A stretch of 51,435 nt of DNA from a virus (Duplodnaviria; Caudoviricetes). Below the pieces are notes generated by a model that was given only the letters and a program-made list of their open reading frames with translations, had not been told where the DNA came from and made no database searches. The stretch spans positions 1-51,435 of IMG/VR virus record IMGVR_UViG_3300031949_000055; one strand, written 5' to 3'. Both the position numbers and the translations under genes were made by a program. This document shows, one piece after another, positions 45,847-51,435 of the stretch (positions are counted from its first letter, which is position 1; every line of letters begins with the position of its first letter).

Positions 45847-46566
45847 ATGCGAGCATTCGTCGTAGGCGGAGGGCCAAGCCTGAAGCACACGGACCTCGAC
45901 CGTCTGGTCGGTGAGAGCACATTCGCCATGAACCGCATCGACCTAGCGTACGAGGCCGACCCGGGCAACGGCATTCGTGGCACCGCCTGGCGACCGACCT
46001 ACTACCTTTTCGCTGAACACATCGGGGTCGGCGTCAAGGCGAGCCAGGAGTGGAGGCACTTCTCGGAATATGTGCTTCCGCACGTGGACACCGGAGAGCA
46101 GTGCATCGTTCGGTCTGTTTTCAAGGGGCCGTTGGCCCGCGCTGCGGGCGGACGGCTGGACTGGCCTAATGTCACGTGGTTCGATAACGAGGACTGCGAG
46201 CACCACAACTGCAACATCCGCAGCGACAACCGGCCCGACCGCTGGCACCTGCCGACGTTGTGCGCCTTCGGGGGCACGGTCGGCATCGCCATTCAGATGG
46301 CAATGATGTTCGGCTATGACCCCATCTACCTCGTCGGCTGCGACCTGGGCTACAAGCCGGTGCGCGGCGGGCCAGACCCCAACCACTTCCACCCGGATTA
46401 CCACACCTGGGACACGCACCCGCTACTCGAGCGGGACGACACGCTCGTCCTCATGCACGCGATAGCGCAGCGGGAAGCCGAGGCTCGCGGCAACCACATC
46501 TTCAACGCCACGAAGGGCGGCAAACTGGAAGTCCACGAGCGGGTAGACTACGACGGATTGTTCTGA
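45847..46566 (+). CDS. DUF115 / Maf / MptE-like (sialyltransferase-fold) protein
   Basis: VVGGGPSL, FAMNR, GGTV..AIQMA..FGYDPIYLVGCD, HFHPDY and IFNATKGGKLEV motifs. Confidence 0.8.
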   Translation: MRAFVVGGGPSLKHTDLDRLVGESTFAMNRIDLAYEADPGNGIRGTAWRPTYYLFAEHIGVGVKASQEWRHFSEYVLPHVDTGEQCIVRSVFKGPLARAAGGRLDWPNVTWFDNEDCEHHNCNIRSDNRPDRWHLPTLCAFGGTVGIAIQMAMMFGYDPIYLVGCDLGYKPVRGGPDPNHFHPDYHTWDTHPLLERDDTLVLMHAIAQREAEARGNHIFNATKGGKLEVHERVDYDGLF

Positions 46567-46576
46567 GGGAGGCGAG

Positions 46577-48112
46577 ATGCGCGGCAAGGGAGCGATGGTC
46601 TGGAAGCTGCGGGGATGGGCGGGCGGAGACCCGGCGGCGCAGGTCGCCCAGGCCAAGCGCCTTGGCCTGCGATGGGTCAGTCTCAAGGTCCAGGATGGCA
46701 CGCAGCGATTTTGGGAGAACCCGGAGAACTACCCCGCCAACCAGAACTGGCACCTCATGGAGCGGACCGTGCGGGCGCTTGTGGCCGCGGGCATCGAGGT
46801 CACGGGTTGGGTTTGGCTCTATGGGCGCGCGGCAGACAGTGAGACGCAGCATCTTGACGCTGACATGGCACTGGCCGAAGCCACGGCGACCAACGCCATC
46901 ATGCGGAACTTCGTCGCCTTGGGAGGGATGCCTATCCTCGGAGCGGATGGCGAGGGCCCGTACAAGGAAGTGCCGCCGGAGCGGACCAGCATGAGCGCAG
47001 TGGCCGACCGGTACTTCGACCGCGTCGACCTGCTCTACCCGGAGCTGAACTTCTACCTCTGCACCTACCGCTATCCGCGGCTGCACGGCACGTTCCCATT
47101 CGCCAGGTTCATCAGCTCCGCCCGCTTCAACGGGCCACAGGTCTATTTCCTCGGGGAGACGGCAGTCGACGCCGGAGCTCGGAACCTAGCACGCTGCCTG
47201 AACGAATACAACGCCTTCCGATGGATGGAGACGGTGCCGATGGCCCCGACGTACCAGGCGAGCGGAGCCTGGCGGGCCAGCCCGGCGCAGCTGCTGGCCT
47301 TCTTCGCTGCGGCCAGGGCGAGCCCGCAGTGTATCGGAGCTGGTGTGTGGTGCCTGGACTTGGCGACGGCGGCGCAGCTGCATGCTGTGGCCCAATTCGT
47401 TTGGGACGAAGCGCCGCCGGTGCCGCCGGCCCCTCCGCCGCCGGAGGAGAAACTCAAGCTCGTATGGCCGACCATGGCTCCGAAGGTGGTCACTCAGCCC
47501 TATGGCATCAACCCGAAGCTCTACAAGCCCTACGGACTGCCGGGCCACGAAGGGATAGACCTGCGGGCCCCGAACGGGACACCGGTATACGCAGCAGCGT
47601 TCGGAACCGTGAGCCGGGTGGAGACCCAGGACAACAACGCCTACGGTGTCCACGTGCGGGTGAAGCACCTCATCGGCGGCCAGGAGTACGAGACGGTTTA
47701 CGGGCACTTCCTGAAGGGCAGTATCGTCGTGGCCGTCGGGCAAGGGGTGGACGCGGGCGCTCCACTCGGCAAGGCTGACGACACCGGCAACAGCAGCGCA
47801 GCGCATCTCCACGTGACGCTCAAGCACCGGGGGCACGGGAGCCCATGGATGAACCGCAGCGACATCGTCAACCCCACACCCTACATGCCGGACCTGTTCC
47901 CGGGCAAGGGTTGGGTGACGGACGTCGTCGGCAACCTACGGGATGCGCCGAACGACCAGACAGCAGTCATCATCCGGCTGCTACCGACCAACACCCAACT
48001 GGACGCGCTCGACTTCGGCGGCGCTGGCGGGGATTGGTGGCAGGTCAGGGTACGAGCGACCGGCGAGGTCGGCTGGTTCTGGAACCCTGGCTACAAACTT
48101 AGGGCACTGTGA
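46577..48112 (+). CDS. Modular endolysin: glycoside-hydrolase-like barrel + M23 peptidase + SH3b-like domain
   Basis: WVSLKVQDG...GWVWLY...DGE; Pro linker; HEGIDL...YGH...TGNSSAAHLH; NLRDAP...WWQVR...GW. Confidence 0.85.
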   Translation: MRGKGAMVWKLRGWAGGDPAAQVAQAKRLGLRWVSLKVQDGTQRFWENPENYPANQNWHLMERTVRALVAAGIEVTGWVWLYGRAADSETQHLDADMALAEATATNAIMRNFVALGGMPILGADGEGPYKEVPPERTSMSAVADRYFDRVDLLYPELNFYLCTYRYPRLHGTFPFARFISSARFNGPQVYFLGETAVDAGARNLARCLNEYNAFRWMETVPMAPTYQASGAWRASPAQLLAFFAAARASPQCIGAGVWCLDLATAAQLHAVAQFVWDEAPPVPPAPPPPEEKLKLVWPTMAPKVVTQPYGINPKLYKPYGLPGHEGIDLRAPNGTPVYAAAFGTVSRVETQDNNAYGVHVRVKHLIGGQEYETVYGHFLKGSIVVAVGQGVDAGAPLGKADDTGNSSAAHLHVTLKHRGHGSPWMNRSDIVNPTPYMPDLFPGKGWVTDVVGNLRDAPNDQTAVIIRLLPTNTQLDALDFGGAGGDWWQVRVRATGEVGWFWNPGYKLRAL

Positions 48113-48123
48113 GGGCAGGGACC

Positions 48124-48489
48124 ATGACAAAACGAAAAGAGACTGGCGTCCGCGCTCCGGTCCTCTCCCGTAAGGATGCGCTGGAGAAGGTGGGAGAACA
48201 CGAGGAGATGCGGAAACTTCTATTCGGCAATGGCGAAGAAGGATTGAGGGCCATCGCGCAAGACACGGCCGAGAAGGTCGGACGGCTCGTCGACATCGTG
48301 GACGGAAACCCCGACAAGGACATCAAAGGCCTCCGGCCGAGGATGGCGAGCATGGAGGCGAGCATGGAGAGGCTGCTGGAGGACCGGCGGCGGGTGAAGT
48401 GGGTGCTGGCGGGCCTCGGCTTGACCGGAGCAGCGAACGTTGGATTGCTCGCTACCGCCATCAAGGTTGTGTTCTTTCCGAGCGGTTGA
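48124..48489 (+). CDS. Coiled-coil protein with a C-terminal TM segment (holin/lysis accessory candidate)
   Basis: Follows the endolysin; hydrophobic C-terminus. Confidence 0.6.
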   Translation: MTKRKETGVRAPVLSRKDALEKVGEHEEMRKLLFGNGEEGLRAIAQDTAEKVGRLVDIVDGNPDKDIKGLRPRMASMEASMERLLEDRRRVKWVLAGLGLTGAANVGLLATAIKVVFFPSG

Positions 48490-48514
48490 CTGCACCCGCA
48501 GGCCGTGGTAGCCT
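48486..48514 (+). promoter_or_regulatory. Possible promoter (TTGACT-N17-TAGCCT, extended TG) for the LCP gene
   Basis: TTGACT at 48486-48491; TAGCCT at 48509-48514. Confidence 0.45.
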
Positions 48515-48581
48515 GCGGGACGTTGAACCCATCTCCTTCCCCCCGCGGGAACGGACCCCCCCACCGAACAAGGAGGCAGTC

Positions 48582-49697
48582 ATGCGGTACCTACCCCTAG
48601 CCGCCGTGCTTGTCGCCAGCGCACTGCTGGCGGCGTGTGCAGGAGCAACCGGCGGCCCACTGGCGACCGAAGTCTCCGTGCAGGCAACCATCTTCGCCCC
48701 GACGGAGACGGCATTCCAGCCCGAGCCGCCGACGGCCAGCCCGACGGAGCTGCCCGGGCCGGAGGTTACGACCTCGGTGCTACTCGGATTGGATTACGAC
48801 CCCAACCGGCCGCAGCGGAACGAGTACGGAATCCGGACGGACGTCTTCGTCATCGCGGCGCTCATCATCTGGCCGGGGCCTGAGTATCCGCCCAGGTTGG
48901 TGTTGTTCAGCCTGCCACGGGACCTCTACCTACCCATCGCCTGCGCGGGCGAGGGCGGGCCCGACACCTGGATTGAGCTGCCAGGCAATACGGCCATCGA
49001 CCAACCTTTGGCCGACGTGCCTCGAGAAGCCTTCGACCGCATCAACGCCGCCTACTATCGAGGTGGGCCGGACTGCGTGCGTGAAACCGTGCGCTGGAAC
49101 TTCGGCCTGACGGTCGACGGGCCGGTGGCAACCGTCGAGATGGGCCGCTTCGTGGAGGCGGTCGACTACCTCGGCGGGCTGGATATCACGCCTTCGAAGG
49201 ACTACGTCGACTTCTGCGGCTACTACCTCGGGACCGACGGGAACGGTGGAGACTGGCGACATTGGCGCGACGGCGTCACCCGGCACCTGACCGGGAACGA
49301 AGTCCTCTGCTATATCCGAGGGCGGCGCACGCCGGAGGGCGACCTGGACCGCAACCGCCGAACGCTCGAGGTCATCGAGGCAGCGCGGCAGCAGTGGAAG
49401 CCACAGGAGCTGTATGACCGGACCGGTGTGGCGGGTATCGCCGACCTGTTCGGATGGGCAGCGAAGTATGTGCGCTTCGATGGGCTCGATGTCGTGCCCT
49501 GGCTGGTGGAGCATTTCGTGGACTTGCAGGATGCCGAAGTGCACACGGCCCGGCTGCGCTTGGGCGAAAGCGTAGGGTTCTGGACGACCCCGGGCGGAGC
49601 GAGTGTCATCGTCCCCGCCTTCGAGCTGAATGAGCCCGGCATGGACCAGGCGGACTATCTCATGCACTGGTTCGGCTGCACCCTGTGGTCCTGCTGA
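48582..49697 (+). CDS. LCP (LytR-CpsA-Psr) family lipoprotein
   Basis: Lipobox LLAAC; PT linker; RTD, SLPRDL, RINAAY, FVEAVDYLGG, LTG.EVLCYIRGR and DLDRNRR motifs; AAGGAGG SD. Confidence 0.9.
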   Translation: MRYLPLAAVLVASALLAACAGATGGPLATEVSVQATIFAPTETAFQPEPPTASPTELPGPEVTTSVLLGLDYDPNRPQRNEYGIRTDVFVIAALIIWPGPEYPPRLVLFSLPRDLYLPIACAGEGGPDTWIELPGNTAIDQPLADVPREAFDRINAAYYRGGPDCVRETVRWNFGLTVDGPVATVEMGRFVEAVDYLGGLDITPSKDYVDFCGYYLGTDGNGGDWRHWRDGVTRHLTGNEVLCYIRGRRTPEGDLDRNRRTLEVIEAARQQWKPQELYDRTGVAGIADLFGWAAKYVRFDGLDVVPWLVEHFVDLQDAEVHTARLRLGESVGFWTTPGGASVIVPAFELNEPGMDQADYLMHWFGCTLWSC

Positions 49698-49698
49698 G

Positions 49699-50586
49699 AT
49701 GCTGAGCCACGACCGGCGAAGGGAATTGAGACGGCAGGCGGTGAACCTGCTGTTTTATGCCGTAGCACTGGTGGTCGTGACCGCATCGCTCGGAGCAATA
49801 AACCACGATCGAGAGAACAGAGCTGTGGAGGCGGCGCTACTTGCGCGCACCCCCATGCCCAGCGCCACGGCGACCCTGAGGCCGATTGCTACGGACCTGC
49901 CTCTGCCGACCGCCATGCCGACCGCCACGCCGGACCCGGCCTGGCCTTTCACGGTGCCTTGGGAAGTCAACTGCGTGGATGAGGCGCAGGAGAACGGCTA
50001 CGAAAACCAGGGCTACTGCGTTCCGGGGATGGTGACTTGGGACGCCTCACGCTTCCAGAACCCGGGCAGCTTCAGTGGAGCCATCTCCAGCTACGCGGAA
50101 GGAATTGCTGAGGGTGTCTGCGGCTATCGGGCGACGTACCTGGACATCACCTGCGCCAAGTACGAAGGCTTCGTGGCAGTGATGGGCTGCGGAGACATCG
50201 GCAAGCGAGCGTTCATCCAGCGACCGGGCGGCGAATGGGAAGGGCCCTTCCTTATCGTGGACTGCTCAGGACGGAACGACATCGCCGTGAACGTCATCCA
50301 GAAGCGCCTGGCCGCCGAGGTGGATTACAACACGGCGCTGCGTTGGGGACAGGCGACGGTCGGATGGGCGAACGTCCGAGTGGCGGGCAACGGTGGAGGT
50401 TACGACGGCCTGCCTCTCCGGGAGTGGTACTTGAACGAGGCGCTGGCGTTTGAGGTGGACGCAGCGCCGCTGTTGACCGAGCCGACGCCATGCCCGCCAG
50501 GCCTATCCGTCGCCCATGCACTGAGCGCCGACGGCTTGCGCTATCCGGCGGGCTGCTTCGTGCCGCCGACACCGGAGCCGGGTTGA
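49699..50586 (+). CDS. Membrane-anchored PT-linker protein with a Cys-rich DPBB (RlpA/expansin/3D-like) domain
   Basis: N-terminal TM; SATAT...PTATP linker; VAV..CGDIG...GPFLIVDC...EVDY pattern. Confidence 0.55.
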   Translation: MLSHDRRRELRRQAVNLLFYAVALVVVTASLGAINHDRENRAVEAALLARTPMPSATATLRPIATDLPLPTAMPTATPDPAWPFTVPWEVNCVDEAQENGYENQGYCVPGMVTWDASRFQNPGSFSGAISSYAEGIAEGVCGYRATYLDITCAKYEGFVAVMGCGDIGKRAFIQRPGGEWEGPFLIVDCSGRNDIAVNVIQKRLAAEVDYNTALRWGQATVGWANVRVAGNGGGYDGLPLREWYLNEALAFEVDAAPLLTEPTPCPPGLSVAHALSADGLRYPAGCFVPPTPEPG

Positions 50587-50611
50587 CCCGGGCACGAACC
50601 GGGTATAAGAT
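50583..50611 (+). promoter_or_regulatory. Sigma70-type promoter (TTGACC-N17-TAAGAT)
   Basis: TTGACC at 50583-50588; TAAGAT at 50606-50611; upstream of the holin-like gene. Confidence 0.55.
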
Positions 50612-50661
50612 TCTGGACAGCGGCTACGGCCTATCCGTTGAGTGACCCAAGGAGGAAACGA

Positions 50662-51072
50662 ATGAAGTCGTTGACACCGTACCGAGCCCGAGGCGTCCGC
50701 CGGTTCCTGCCGTATCTGCTGGCGCTCGGGATGCTGGCCGCGTGGCTGATGCTGATGGCGTTCGCACCGGTGGGCCAGGCTGGGGAGGTGACGGCCGACA
50801 CGCTCATCGTGTTCGTCGTGTCGCTCATCGCCGGGGCCATCGGCATGCCGTTCATCGATTGGCTCAAGCACGTTTTCAAGCTGAGCCAGATTCCCGCAAT
50901 GCTTTTCGCGTATGCGGTCTCCATCCTCATCGCCGCCGTCGCCATGTTCCTCACGGGGGCAGTCGGGCTGGTGGACTTAAGCGGGGAAGCATTCTTCATG
51001 GCCGCAGGCACCGTCATCTCGACGGCCGGGTTCGTCTACAAGCTCTTCAACGCCAAGCCGCAGACGCCATAG
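50662..51072 (+). CDS. Putative holin (3-4 TM)
   Basis: AAGGAGG SD; four hydrophobic segments; IDWLK...FVYKLF pattern. Confidence 0.65.
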   Translation: MKSLTPYRARGVRRFLPYLLALGMLAAWLMLMAFAPVGQAGEVTADTLIVFVVSLIAGAIGMPFIDWLKHVFKLSQIPAMLFAYAVSILIAAVAMFLTGAVGLVDLSGEAFFMAAGTVISTAGFVYKLFNAKPQTP

Positions 51073-51102
51073 GTCCCATTCCGGGGACATCTTACCCTCC
51101 GG

Positions 51103-51136
51103 AAACCGGGCGCAGCCCCCACGCTGCGCCCGGTTT
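51103..51136. terminator. Bidirectional terminator between convergent genes
   Basis: AAACCGGGCGCAGC-CCCCAC-GCTGCGCCCGGTTT. Confidence 0.7.
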
Positions 51137-51139
51137 GAT

Positions 51140-51226
51140 TCAGAGGCGGGAGAGGAAGAAAACAGCGAGGAATAAGAGGACGTACAGGAAGCAGCAACGG
51201 AAGCAGTCGCGCAGGCAACCGCTCAT
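51140..51226 (-). CDS. 28-aa Cys-rich hydrophobic peptide (not in ORF track)
   Basis: MSGCLRDCFRCCFLYVLLFLAVFFLSRL; TGATG-coupled to the upstream gene; ends just before the terminator. Confidence 0.5.
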   Translation of the reverse strand: MSGCLRDCFRCCFLYVLLFLAVFFLSRL

Positions 51227-51435
51227 CAGGGCCCCCCGCGAGCTTCGAAGGAGCCGGGCGTGTCAAAGAGCCACGGAGCAGTGGACGACGAGCCGGTCCA
51301 CGCGGCGGACTTGAGGTAGCGGTCCCACAACACGGTCGCCACGGCCGTCGCCAGATTGAGGCAGTGCCGCGTAGGGACAATCACGAAGCGATGGCAGAGA
51401 CGAAGGACCTGCGGAGGGATGGAACCATCCTCGGG
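51226..51435 (-). CDS. SPOUT (SpoU/TrmH-like) RNA methyltransferase, C-terminal part (5' truncated)
   Basis: Manual translation PEDGSIPPQVLRLCHRFVIVPTRHCLNLATAVATVLWDR matches the SPOUT GxExxG and LNxxxA knot motifs. Confidence 0.75.
   Translation of the reverse strand, partial: PEDGSIPPQVLRLCHRFVIVPTRHCLNLATAVATVLWDRYLKSAAWTGSSSTAPWLFDTPGSFEARGGP

Larger units (their letters stand above)
1..51435 (+). mobile_element. Tailed dsDNA phage/prophage segment (siphovirus-like)
   Basis: Colinear terminase, portal, protease/scaffold, capsid, tail, tape measure and endolysin/holin genes; dense ATGA/GTGA start-stop overlaps; no integrase or att site seen in the window. Confidence 0.95.

Noticed and set aside
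45847-46566. Folate/methanopterin metabolic gene (MptE)
   Set aside because: No pterin pathway neighbours; the tail and glycan context favours a glycosyltransferase-like role, though this is untested
1-51435. CRISPR array, tRNA genes, integrase/att, diversity-generating retroelement, intein or intron
   Set aside because: No regularly spaced repeats, cloverleaf, recombinase, reverse transcriptase or splicing motifs were recognised by eye; a covariance-model scan could still find small RNAs

Overview
This 51.4-kb, GC-rich window is a contiguous piece of a tailed dsDNA phage or prophage. It looks siphovirus-like: a tape measure gene and tail chaperone pair are present and no sheath gene is visible. 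Almost all genes are on the + strand and translationally coupled. Order: small early/accessory genes (1-4.1 kb); a separately promoted ParB-like / SPL-like radical SAM / GT-B glycosyltransferase operon, a candidate DNA-hypermodification system (4.35-7.96 kb); DUF5131 radical SAM, terminase small subunit, DNA methyltransferase, terminase large subunit and portal (8.6-14.9 kb); virion accessory and head genes with a multidomain prohead protease/scaffold and the major capsid protein (14.9-27.3 kb); a glycan-biosynthesis island (GT-A, His-type DegT/ColD-like enzyme, Pro/Thr-rich secreted protein, methyltransferase, triple GT4-GT2-GT2, LysM; 27.3-34.3 kb); head-tail and tail genes (34.5-45.8 kb); then a Maf/DUF115-like transferase, an endolysin, holin candidates, an LCP lipoprotein and a DPBB-like membrane protein (45.8-51.1 kb). 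A convergent SPOUT methyltransferase is cut by the right edge. Main observations: (i) the radical SAM plus glycosyltransferase operon, driven by tandem promoters with a 10-nt anti-Shine-Dalgarno element; (ii) a large glycosylation toolkit including a phage-borne LCP enzyme; (iii) near-total GATC avoidance, with the few sites clustered in apparently recently acquired tail modules; (iv) a +1-frame tail chaperone pair. A Chloroflexota-like or other monoderm host is only an inference. Family assignments come from motif recognition by eye, not from database searches.
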